DNA of 64,000 nucleotides from Ruditapes philippinarum (Eukaryota): NCBI RefSeq assembly GCF_026571515.1, contig NW_026860585.1, positions 62,001 to 126,000 of the forward strand, read 5' to 3'. Shown piece by piece: positions 1 to 12,680 of this stretch (position 1 is its first letter; each line of letters starts with the position of its first letter). The notes under the pieces were generated by a model. It saw only the letters and a program-made list of their open reading frames with translations, ran no database searches and was not told where the DNA came from. The position numbers and the translations under genes were made by a program.

Positions 1-99
1 TGGCACAAGTTCATTGTTACTGTACATCTGGCAAGTTGAGCATGTCAACTCACGCTTTCTTATTTCCTTTTCATACTGGAGCCTTTTTTATATAAATTA

Positions 100-907
100 C
101 TACCTAAGAATGATACCGTTAAAGTTAAGTGATCATCCATTAAATAGTAAAGACGAATATGTTTTAGCTTTTTAGACCCTTAAAAGGGGCCAATTTAATT
201 AATATGAGCAAATGTGATAAAAGACTACATAAGAATGCTACAAATCATCCATCAATTAGTACAGTAGAAGAATTATGTTTAACGGTTTTTCCAATTTTAG
301 CTTTAGCGGCTCTTAAAAGGGGCCAATCAAATTAATATGAGCAAATTTATAAAAGACTACATAAGAATGCTACAGACAAGGTTTGGTGATCACATATCAA
401 TTAGTAGAAGAAAATTTTCTTTTTAGCTCTAAAGGCCGCTAAATGGCCCAATCAAATTAATATGAGCTCATTTGGTAAAATACTACCTAAGAATGCTGGC
501 TGCAGACAAGGTTAAGTGATAATCCATCAATTAGTTCAGTAGAAGATTTTTAAGTTTTAGCTCTAGAGGCTCCTAAAAGGGGCCAATCAAATAAATTTGT
601 GCAAATTGGATAAAAGACTACCTAGGAATGCTCGAGACAAAGTTTGTTGATCATCCATCAATTAGGTCAGCTTAAGTTTTTTCTTCTATTTTAGCTCTGT
701 TGACCACTAAAAGGGGCCAACTAAAATGATGTTAGCAAATTTAAGTGTGAGTTCCAAAAGGATGCTACAGACCAGAGTTCCAAAAGGATGCTACAGACCA
801 AATTTGAAGTAAATCTGCCCGGCAGTTTCAGAGTTGACGAATGACGACAGAGCATCCTCTTTTGATATTAATAGCTTACCGTGAACATTCAGTTCGTGAG
901 CTCAAAC
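100..907. repeat. HINE/Helentron-like element with internal ~120-bp tandem units
   Basis: Repeated AAGACTACCTAAGAATGCTACAGACAAAGTTTGGTGATCATCCATCAATTAG..AAAAGGGGCCAAT units ending in GACGAC and an AGCTTACCGTGAAC..GTTCGTGAGCT hairpin. The class is inferred. Confidence 0.6.
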
Positions 908-1408
908 ACAATGTTAAAAAAATGTGCGCTATTTTTGGTTAAGAACATTATGAACATCAGAATATTGCGTGCCATTGTTGAATTTTAAATAAGGCTGGTA
1001 CAATAAATGCTCCCCAGGATGTTTTATTTTATACTTTAGTAATAATATGAAAGCAGTTATTGTTTCCAAAATCTTATTTTGGATATGAGTTCTCTATGTC
1101 AGCCTCAATTTCAAGCAACACATCTTGCTGACGTTGTGCGCGTGCTTCGGTGGCCATTTTGTCTATAGGTGCTGACAGGAAGTTGTAAAGGGAGTAGATT
1201 TCCGTGTCACTCTCTTGTACGTAGTCACTACAGATTCGACCAAAAAACTTCCAACCCTGTACAATGTAGATTGTAAACATCTATATCGTGACTATACAGC
1301 TGATATTATTTAATAAGGAAAAATAAAATGTTTTTCAATCTTCAATGCTTATCATAGTTTGTTAATTTTCAACCTGCTCAAGGTGAAGATGATGAAAGGA
1401 TTTTGAAA

Positions 1409-1627
1409 CGTTGTGTCCGAGTGGTTAACGCGTCGGACTACTAGTTATCTAAGGATTGCTGACCGCGTGGGTTCAAACCCCGTCAGGGGCAAGCCGTTGT
1501 TTCCCCTTGAGCAAGAAACTTTACATTCATTGCTTAGTACTGGTTGGTTCCAGGAACGGATTTGAGAGTGTATCAATACGCTTATAGCATCCAACACAAT
1601 CAAACTAAAATAAATTTGTATAAACTA
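1409..1627 (+). mobile_element. tRNA-derived SINE (CORE-like central segment)
   Basis: A box TGTCCGAGTGG and B box GGTTCAAACC, followed by CCTTGAGCAAGAAACTTTAC..AGTACTGGTTGGTTCCAGGAACGG and an A-rich tail. Confidence 0.75.
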
Positions 1628-4321
1628 CTGATAGCCTTTTCTACCAGGAGACGACCAGACACATACGTGCAATCTGACAAGGATTTATATAACTTGCTTC
1701 CATCTTGATATCCGTAAAATTAAAAATGGTCAATTCCAAAAAATATGAAGCTTGGCAAGTTCATTTAAAAAAAAGAGAAGGTTCAGGGTTTATCCAAGAA
1801 CATTTGATCTAGATCTATTTTTGTTCATTGCTCATTCTGAACTATTGTTGAAATATAATAAGTTATAATTAATTTTTCAAAATAATAAAGTATTTTTATA
1901 TTAATCTATGTAAAAATTTGAATATGCACCTTTTCTGCTCGACCAATTGATTCTTGAAATCTTTTTGCTAATTTTGGATTTTGTATTTGAGCAAGGTAAA
2001 CACTTCCTGAAGTGGATTCATCTCGTAAGGCTTTAACAGCTGCAGCCATGTTAGACCAGAATTCAATAATTCTAGTAAACTACCTATCAACATTGCCAAG
2101 TTGTGCATGCGCCTCTCTCAAACTTTCAACGTTTCCTAAGTTGGCTGGAAAGAAAAATATATGAATAAAAAATTCGTTTCTGGTACTTACGCTATTAAAG
2201 TATTTTCAAGTATACTTAGAACCGTTTTTATTTGAATCTATATATGAAAGCGTATCCTTTGCTTCCATAACAACATTTAAATGAACACGCATTCTTAGTA
2301 TTAATGACACTAAAATAATGCCTTAACACACCTGTTTGCATTCCAAGCTTCTTTAAGGTTGCTAACCTTTCCAATGCCTCTTTACGCTGTTCGTGCATTC
2401 GACCAATAACATCCAGTTTTGCACCCATCACTCGCTCTTTTGCCTTCTGGTTATCCCTATATGCGTCCATTAATTTTTCAAACTACAAAATCGACAAACA
2501 ATTTCTAAAAGGTGTCACGAAAAAGGAATAAATATATCACATAATTCTGTCATAATTTTAGAAAGAGCTATGGACCTTTGACAGTGACTTCATATTATGC
2601 TCTCAAATAAGTGGGTAAGCATTCATCACAATCCATTTAGTAGTTTTGAAGAGACCAACATTCACACAAAAACTTAACCATAGTATGACTATGTTGCCTA
2701 GGTGAGTACAATGGCCTTCTCTTTTACGCGATTACCCAGGTTAAATGTATATAGTCCTCAAATTAACTGTTGTAGGTCAGCGCACAGATACTGGGGGTAT
2801 GTCAAAGACTATCACGACAACCCCCTTTCACTTATTTAAGAACAACAATACAAAACGCAATAAATTGAAAATCTTTGAAACACGCCAAATACCTGTGTAC
2901 CAGCGTTAAATGAAAATATATGAATGTTACAGTGTAGGAGATTACCAAGCTGTAGATTTGCGCAGAAATTAAAGTGAAAGCATTACGACAAACGAAAATT
3001 CCATTACGTCCGTACTAGTAGTACTCGTTTTATGCTGTGACAAGACGGGTTTGCTTAAATCAATGTCATGTGCCAGGAATCCGACACCATGTGTCTTATT
3101 TATATATAGACAGTGTTGGCATGCTTGTGATGGTTTATCCTATAATGCCTTGGGCCTTAATTTATAATATCCCAGTTAAACGGTATATAAATATTTAATA
3201 AGTAAATGACACACAATAAAACACAAACATAGAATATAATACATTAAAGGCATCAGACTCGTTACCAAATCTATCCAAAGTAAGAAAGCAAACATGTGAC
3301 CTCGCTTTACTACTTTTAAGGCACCAGAACTATGTCCACACAACACTATCAAATTCGTCTCAAAAGAAAAAAAACAAAATATAAAAAAAACTTTAAATAT
3401 ATATACATTTGAATTTCTTAAAAACGAATTTGTTTCTGAAATAAATTGAAAAATTTAGATGTTTTATGGGAATACAATGCAACAGCTCTTTCCCCGGTGC
3501 GTTTTTGTCCACATGCATTACAGCTCCCCTTTAAGTTAGGTGGAGACAACGTGTTAACGCAATTCAATTTTAGCCTGGTTGCACTTTAAACTTTTCTAAT
3601 TACAATAAATCAGACAGTTGCATGACAACTGCACCGTCCATTATTTCTATGCGTATTAAAGAAAACCTTGTCTTTTCATTGAAGAAAAATGTAAATAAAA
3701 ACATTTCACAACAAAGCAAGAAATTACAAAAATCGGTCCTGAAGTGAAAGCTGGTGGATGTTTTTATGTACTTGTATTCTTATTGACGACTCGTAAAATA
3801 AATCGTGTCATTCCGCAGTAAATCATGCGTCTTATTCAAAATCATATAAGACTGACATCCGAATAAGTCTAATGTATATGGAAAAAAACTTACATTTTTC
3901 TGACTTTTGTCCGAACGAAACAATCCTGTAAACATGTTCACACCGGCTGAGATGAAGGAAGTGACTGTTCCGGCAATACCCCCGCTAAGTGCCGCACCTG
4001 GAGACAACACATCATCAAATATTGTCTTCTTTGTACTCTTCCCATTCATCTTCTTATTGGTCATCTCTGAAAATGGTCATTAAACGTATTTTTAAAAAAT
4101 TAAAAAAAAATCTTCCTCCTTAATTTTTATGATTTACAAATTTAAATATGTATTTAAAGTTACACATCAATTTCACTTAAAATGTATGTTTTAAATTGTA
4201 CCGATCTTCTGAAAGTATTTCTCTGACATACCTCATTCATCCAGACGGCGCTATGTCACAGGGTAGTCAACCAACATGTTAGTTGTCATACAGGTCTATT
4301 AGTATCAATAAAATTATATAT

Positions 4322-6918
4322 AAACGAGACGTATTTTTAAAAAAAGATACTCGGCCGAAGAAAAACTTGTTAACTTGCATGTCATATAGAAATGTGTGCA
4401 TAACTTGCATAACAGTGACATAAGAATTTCTTGTAGGGTTATCAATCTTGAAAAATGGAACACTTTAAGATGTAATATATATTAGCAATTTTATGATGTG
4501 GGAGCTTGAAGTATATCCTATAAGAAATGAAGACGTTTAAGTGAAAATTAATAATTTATAGAAAAAAATCTTAGTTCAAGGGGGACATAATTACGGAAAT
4601 AGACAAGCCAGCGTATTGAACTTCCTCACACATGATTGAGTGATAATAAGAAACATATACATAAAGTTTGAAGTAGAAACATTTAGAAATAAAGAAGTTA
4701 TAAAAACATCTTTTTCATACAATTCTAAGGTCAAGGGGGGGAGGGGAATTCTGATAATTTTTGTGCTAGAGTTGGAAACCTTTTCACATATGATGATATG
4801 GTTGATGATCAGAAACATATACTTGAAGAACTGTTCAGAGTAATCACAAATATTGTTAAATTTGCCATATTTTAAGCCTAACGTTTGCAATAGAAACCAA
4901 AATTTTCAACATAGGAATAAAGAAAACATGTGCATAATCTCCATAATACCATCTACCCATATTTCAAGTTTCTTAAAAATATTTTCATTACTTTTTGCGT
5001 TATCACTGTATCCAGTTTATGTGTTAAATTAGCCATATTTTGAGTCTATTTGTTGCCATAGCAACAGCAGTTTTCAACATAGGAAGAAAATAATTTTTTT
5101 TTGTTTGGGTTTTACGTCACATCGACACAGTATAGGTCATATTGCGAAGTTCCAGCTTTACTGGTGGAGGAAGACCTCAGGTGCCCTTTCATGCATTATT
5201 TCAGGCACGAACGGGTACCCGAGTAGAACCACCGGCGTTCCGTAAGCTAGCCGGATAGCTTCCTCACATGAAAGAATTCAAAGTCCCTGTCAGGATTCGA
5301 ACCCACAGAGGCGAGGGGCAAGTGGTTTGAAGTCAACGACCTTAACCTCTCGGCCACGGACGCCCTAAGAAAAGAAAAAGACGCGCATAATCTCCTGACT
5401 GCTATCTAACCATATATCAAGTTTCATAGAAATATTTTCAGTACTTTTTGCGATATCTCGGATCCAGTTTTGTGGACTGACAGACAGATAGATAAACTGA
5501 CAGACGGACCGGTGAAACCGGTAGGGGACTTGTTCCATAAAAACATTATATCACTTGAACACATCAATTATCATAAAATATATTAGACACTTATTGAACA
5601 TCATAAACTAAGGGTTCCTGATAACTTCTTTTATTACCCCTCACTTTTTTCGTAATGCCAATTTGCCATAGGCCTCTGGAAGTTATTTTTACTGTTACTG
5701 CAAGTGTACCACGTGACTAAGAATTTTGTACTGTTACAAAGGTAACAGTATTTTTTTTACAGTATAAAATCTGGTCACGTGGTCTATTTTCTAAATAAAA
5801 TGAAATAAAATGGCCGCCATTTTTTTTCGCGATTCATTCTTATTTCCGACGTTAAACCTCGATAGGACATCATTTTCTTCTCAGGAGTAACTATGACACT
5901 CATAAAATTTAGTTGTTCGCACCCTGGTGTGCTTTTCGCGTATATCTTTTTGTTTAATAGTTAAAAAAGTGAACAAACGAAAGTAATTGCAATGTAAATA
6001 ATTATGTGTCAAACTGGATTTAAACATGCAAGAAAGGATTATTTAACAATTATTATCTGTGACACGATACAAATATGTTGGACAGACATAGGATATCATC
6101 GTTATTATGCTAAGAATATTCTGGAAACAGAAGGATCAGATTTCACAAATCATAACCGTGTAAATGGGTTAGTGTTTTGTTTTCTAAAACCTAGCTTATT
6201 GTATGTTTATGATTTGTAGATATCATCACTTGCTTAAAGAATAAAAGAAAAAGAAAACTTCTCAAGTAGGCCTTAAGTACACTTAAAACTTAAAAGGTAA
6301 GGACAGTTTAGTTACACAGTTTTACAGTTTGTTACTTTTGGTTTATTTTTGTTACAGTAAGATTTAGTTGACACTTTCAGATCATCACATTATTTTTGTT
6401 CGGGGTAATAGAATAAATAACACATGGGTTTGTGAGTAACAGTAAAAATATCATCCCTCGTCAAAATACTGTTACCCTCGGCTACGCCTCGGGTAACAGT
6501 ATTTTCATCGGGATGATATTTTTACTGTTACCCACAAACCCATGTGTTATTTATATAATATCATTCTCGTTATTTTAGAAAAGATTTAAAACTAACATCT
6601 TGTGTAAAGTAAACGCAGTAAGTTCTTACGTAAAATAAACTGTACATAAAATCTGAATGCAGTGTATTTTATGTTTTGTGGGAAGAAGTATTGTCAACCA
6701 GAACTTAATTATTGAACTACCCTGTACATTTTACTTTAGAACTATCCTTTTCATTTTGTTTCATAATGGCAAGAACAATCATTTACATTTTTATTTTAGA
6801 ATGGCCAATGAGATTCCAAGATTTCATTTTGTAATTTTAAAATGACTAATTAAAACTTTCCTTATATTCAGTTCTTCCCTATTTTACAAGAGGTCAAAAT
6901 GAAAAGCAGTTCGGGCGG
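4322..6918. mobile_element. Nested repeat block present only in copy A (HINE-like element, SINE and hairpin-ended element)
   Basis: Copy B joins the two flanks directly near 22030. The block contains tandem units ending in GACA microsatellite plus CCGGTGAAACCGG (5478-5530), the SINE at 5095-5365 and a ~140-bp palindrome at 6415-6552. Confidence 0.65.
5095..5365 (-). mobile_element. tRNA-derived SINE, second family (Meta-type body inferred)
   Basis: Minus strand reads GGGCGTCCGTGGCCGAGAGGTTAAGG..GGTTCGAATCC, then GAGGAAGCTATCC..GGCACCTGAGGTCTTCCTCCACCAG and a poly-A tail. Decayed relatives lie at ~9236-9400 and ~29570-29740. Confidence 0.8.
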
Positions 6919-9900
6919 AAAAATAGAGCAGAGAATATGATATAAATAAAAGATGTGTGTTACAAAGCTCCTTGGATGTTCTCTTTTTTACTTAACGTTA
7001 CATTTCCAAAACTACATTGTGATAGATATTAGACAAAGTAAAAACTGTATTTCCATAGATTATTATTACATATTATTTTCTCATTTTTTTGTCTAAGCGT
7101 TTAAGCAGAGTCTTTCAAAAAGAAATACTATTCGAAAGACCCTGGTTTAAGTTATCATTATTCGACATATGCATTATATAAGGCATGGAAAGGCAGCTGG
7201 ATTTTAATGGCAGCCTAAAGGTATACTGGTTCACAAGAAACAATGACGCTCAAATTATTTCGACATGTGATCGAGTTTCTCTGTTGACCCATGGCAGCAT
7301 TCAAGTATTGCATTTTAATGTCATCACCATTTGGTAGTTGATTTTTTTTTAAAAGATACCTGCTTGTTTTCTGAATTTTTCTTTATCTGCTGTTAATGTC
7401 TTCAACTCTTCTTCATACTTCTTTTTTTCCTTGTCAAGTTCTTCTTGAGCTAGCTTGGCGGCTCTCGCTAGTTGCTTTTCTCGATCAATTTCCCACTTCA
7501 ATCTTTCTTGCTCACTAACAACTTCTTTATTCCGACTGGTTACACTTGCCATATTCTTCTGTACTTCAGTCTGGATTTCAAGATATCTAAAAATAGCAAG
7601 TTTATCCGGTGATATAAGTAATAAATGAATATCATTCCATTGCTGCAATATATGTCATGGAATTTAGCGTGGCGATATTTCAGTTTTTACTTTAATTAAA
7701 ATTAGGAATCTCCGAAATTAGTTACTCTTAGATAGTGTTTAAGCGTAAATATTGCCTGAGTTAATATATACCAAAATTTTTCCGGAATCAATCGCGAGAA
7801 TCAACCCTACGTGGCCAAAGAATATACTATTTCAGGTAAAATAGTTATTGTAAAATATATTATTTAATCTTTCACGCAATGCACTTGTCAAGATCAGCTT
7901 CCAGTTGCCATGATACGTGCCAAACTGTCTCTGTAGTGTAAATTTGTCAGGATACATGTCCCATTGCCACGTGTCAATCATTAGCTTAAATTCGGATATT
8001 AAAAATGAGACATCATCTCAAGATTATTGTTAAGTTAATTGTACATTTACCGTTTCTGTGTCTGTTCAGTTTCGGTTTTCATTTCCTCCGCAATTTTAAT
8101 AATCTGACCAAATATTTCTTTCACGACTTCTGGACTCTGAAATTTAAAAATAATGAAAAAGTAAAATATTTGCCACTTAAGTGCATTGAGAATACAGAAT
8201 TTCTGATTAAATGAATTTTGAAATTCTCTAATAATTTGATTACCTCAAACATAAGAAATTAATATAATTTAGTTCTAAAGTAAGTCTTGCTTTCAAACAA
8301 GATCTAGATTTTCATTTACATGTACATTCCTACTGTCAAAAGAATATTTGTCCAATTTTCTATTTGGCTCCATTCAATCTCGAACGATAACTCTATATTT
8401 AGTTTGTTTATGACCCTAACATATTCATATGCCATTTGTCTTTAGGAGATGATTAAAGAATAAAACGGAAAAAATTACCTGGAGTTCAACAACAGCGTCG
8501 ATGATCATAGGGATCAATGTTTTAACAATATGAGCTGCTGTTACTGTAAACTTCTTCATCAATCCGTTGGTCATCAGTTGCTGGGCTCGAGCTGAATGTG
8601 CTGTCAACCGGACCTGTAACAGTCATTGATAATTTATACTTGGAATGATAATTATGTCAATTTATTCGTCTAAAATGAGCAATTAAATCAAAAGAATGGA
8701 CAAAAGACAACTGTCACAAGTATTTGGTTTGTGTACCGATGTAAAAAGAGGCATTATTTTAAATTTAGATTTTACCTGATAATATTCGAAGGTAAGACTT
8801 CATTTTTTTTTCATTTCCTAGCATACATTAATCCTAGAAAGTGTTTCAAATTTTTTTAGTTTATGTGAAGTTCCATTTAGGTAATGCGGGGTACATCTGC
8901 TTTGGCTTTCTTGATTAATTATTTAAACAATTACAGACTTCCGAGAAAGATTACTACGTATCTTGAATATCATACACAGTGTACCTCCTTAGCTTGCTCT
9001 GGATGATCAGCTAGATGTAGATAGGCAAGTTCCATGTAATGTGCTACTTCCCTCTGAGCTCTGTACATCTCTAAAGCAGCAATTGTATGAAGCAGCTCAT
9101 GAGTCTCTGTAGGCAATTCCTGTAATTTGTGATGTGTTTAATACTCTTAATAATATGATAACTCATTTTAAAGACAGATTTAACGCAGCATAATTGTAAA
9201 ACTTTATTTCATTTACTAATTGATACTGTTTAGCAAGGGCTCCCGTAGGCAAACGCCCACTTCAAATAACCATCGTGGGTTCTAATGCTGTGGTCAGGGA
9301 CTTGGGATTCTTTCATGTTATGAAATTATTCAGCTAGCTTACATCTACTTATGTTCAGCTTGCGCGTAAAGAATTACACAAGAAACACCTGAGATTAGTC
9401 GGACATTATTTAAAATTCGATACAAAAAGCGTGTCTCAATGCTTCTCTTTAATGATGGGGTGATTATCCAAATAGATTTCAGGTAAATACTTCATAATAT
9501 GTAGGCAAAAAGGTTTTCAAATATATAATATTAAACAATTTTAATCAACACAAAATCACTCTCCTGTCCGCCATTACAATATGTCATAGTGTCATTTGAA
9601 AGAACATGGTGCTGGCCGAACCGGAAAACATATTGAGCTGAACAGCAGGTACTTTAATCACTAGATCATAAATCATTTTTTAAGACAATAAAGTTAATAT
9701 ACCGGGAAAATACTGTATAAGTGTTTGTATTGCAACATAATGGCAGATGACCCCAGAGAGCCGTATATTATATATTTACCGCCGGTGAAGAACTAGTTGT
9801 ATACATGCTTGATTTTCCCGAGCAGTCCTCGCCATCAGAAGAACACGAGCGATCATCGTCGGCACTATCATCGGAAATCGTACACGTTATGCAGCATAGT

Positions 9901-11528
9901 ACGAGGAAAACTATGTAAATCTGCAAAACAATAGGCCGTTCAGATCTAAAAAAAATATTACCTTTTACCATCAAGTCTCAATAAAGTACTTTAAATAATG
10001 AGACTTGATGGTAAAAGGTAATTTTTTCAGATATGTAAAAATTGATCGAAAGCAGTTGTATTGTTGTAGCAGATGTCCCATTCGTGTTTAAATATTAAAA
10101 TATTTTTGATAGAATGTTTACAGGGGCGTATCACATTGGGGGCAGGATCTGACCCCCAAGCGTCTGTCGTAGAAAGGCAAAATGGCATAGAAGCCGTGGT
10201 TTACACGTGTACACGGCATACACTTTATTTTAAAGATAACTGTGAGAGCTTCTAAGCAGCTGCAAAGTACGCAGTTGCCAACTAAAATGTTGTAAGACCG
10301 TCGTGTCGAAGCAGCGAACAAGAAAAGAAATTCTTGCGATCTCTCGGTGGTCGTGTTAATTGAACGACGTAGTGTGACAGGGGCTGACTGTGTTGCTCCT
10401 TTCGGCTTTAATAGATTTGCACAATCGGTGTTACTTTTACAGTCCGTCATTACAAGATACATACGTTGACCGATCGATTCAGAAAATCATCAAAGATAAC
10501 TAATATGCCACCTTGAAAAACAAAATGAAACATCCAAAATAATAATTATATAGCATATGTATATTAAGTGCTTATTAGTCAGCATTCATCAAGCGGCTCA
10601 GTCGCTCAACCGGTTTAGAATTGATATTGACTTAACAAACACTAACCTATATACAGCGAGTAAATTATGTTTTGAATCTTTACTATACCGGGTAAGTCTT
10701 TAATGACAATTAAAGTTGGTGCCGATTTACTATAGGATGGTATTCACCTGTAAGCACTTTATTAGGCCGTTTCTCGCTCGATTAAATCTAAAAACGACCT
10801 TGCGAAATGAACGGAATTAGAACTTAGAGGTGGTTAACGTCAAATTTGAAATTATATATATATTTGTGTGTTTATTAAATTATACGCATAAAAACATAGC
10901 AGAATGTGATTTTGCACAAATGATATAAAATGTGATTTTTTTAAATGTATAAATCTATATATCTTCTGCAGATTATTGTTTGAATTTTAAAAATACTCCC
11001 ATAATGTTTGTAAGGAATAAATGCCTTAAAAGCGAATAGCGCATTTTGTTCCGATGAACATGTAATGATTTATACGTTATACGTAGAAGATATTTAATAA
11101 TTGCGAAAAAACTTGTTGAATTACGTGAACTATTTGTCAATGCGTGTAGCGTCTTTGGGTCTTACTAAATATTTCAGCAAAGTCGTGAAATCACGAAGTG
11201 TAATTTTTTTCACCGGATTTTATCGAAGAGACAAAAGCTTCAAGCATATCGAGAAAAGTTAAATTGCAATGCCTGAAAACTCCTCATCTTTGACAGTAAA
11301 TTTTATTTAGATCTGCAAAACATTTTATCAATGCGAATGAAAATAAGTAGACGTAGCGGAAAACATATCATCAACTGTAAGCCCTGATACGCTTTCGTAC
11401 ACAAGTAATGTGTAAGACGTTTGTTGATTATAACGTCAAGTACTTTGTTTACACATTAGATAGATCTTCTTCTTACTTAAATAATTATTTATAAACTTAA
11501 ACATATATATAGTATATCAAGTTTTAAA

Positions 11529-12680
11529 CAAAGGTGCTAGTGGCATTGATTTGACCTAAAATGTGTTTAACCTTGTTATTTATGCACTAAAACATCAATA
11601 TATTAAAAAAAAATATTTTTTATTTCACTGTTATATTATTTTAGACAAGGTATGCAACATTCAGGTACGAACATTATGGGTACGCCGGTTATCTGTGTTA
11701 AAATTTTTCACCGGGCGGTAATATCTTCGGATTTTTGCATGGAATCAATGCACAATATATTTTTCTATTACTATTTACTATTTACAGATCCCCAATTAAC
11801 CGCTAGTTAATGTTATAAAGCCCGAAAGTAAGAAATCTCCCAGGTCCGAAAGATGAGACCGTCATGACATGTACATTGTAAGCTGGTATTTACGCTTGAA
11901 ATACATCAACAAAGAGATCAAACGGGTCGAACACACATGCAAACAACTGGATTTTACATACATTTTAATTGTTTTATGCTCCACGAGTCGAACTTAGTCC
12001 TATAAGCCTGTATTTAAAGAAATATTCTACATGTAGACGATATTTTTAGAGGGTAATTCCTACCGAAAGTATTCTCCGGCTTCCGTTTCACATACATTGA
12101 CATAGAGCGGAACAGGGAACCAAGCACGTGTTGCGGGAGAACACTTCCGTTTTAGGAATTACCTTATACATGTAGAATTTTTCTTAAAATACGGGCACAT
12201 AGGACTTAGTGCCACTCGTGGAGGATAAAACCATTTAAATGTATGTAAAAACCAGTTGTTTGCATGTGTGTTCGACCCGTTTGATCTCATTGTTGATGTA
12301 TTTCAAGCGTAAATACCAGGTTACAATGTACATGTCATGACGGTCTCATCTTTCGGACCTGGGTGGTTTCTTACTTTCGGGCTTTATAACATTAACTAGC
12401 GGTTAATTGGGGATCTGTAAATAGTAAATTGTAATAGAAAAATATATTGTGCATTGATTCCATGCAAAAATCCGACGATATTACCGCCCAGTGAAAAATT
12501 TTAACACAGATAACCGGCGTACCCATAATGTTCGTACCTGAATGTTGCATACCTTGTCTAATAACATAACAGTGAAAAAAATTTTTTTTTAATTTTTTTT
12601 GTTTAATATATTGATGTTTTAGTGCATAAATAACAAGGTTAAACACATTATAGGTCAAATCAATGCCACTATCACCTTTG
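11529..12680. mobile_element. Foldback element, ~1.15 kb, with ~550-bp inverted arms and 8-bp TSD
   Basis: CAAAGGTG...CACCTTTG termini with the TSD GTTTTAAA at 11521-11528 and 12681-12688. Copy B has a single GTTTTAAA at the orthologous site (32201). Confidence 0.9.

Noticed and set aside
1409-1490. Possible tRNA genes (also 5285-5365, 18841-18920, 44042-44115)
   Set aside because: The A/B boxes run into shared SINE bodies and tails and there is no clean cloverleaf.
7360-7586. Myosin/tropomyosin-like call for the coiled-coil exon
   Set aside because: The similarity is compositional only; the spliced protein has a signal-like N-terminus and a hydrophobic hairpin inconsistent with those families.
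10118-10462. 114-aa minus-strand ORF in intron 1 of copy A
   Set aside because: No counterpart in copy B, no recognisable motif and no phase-consistent splice sites identified.
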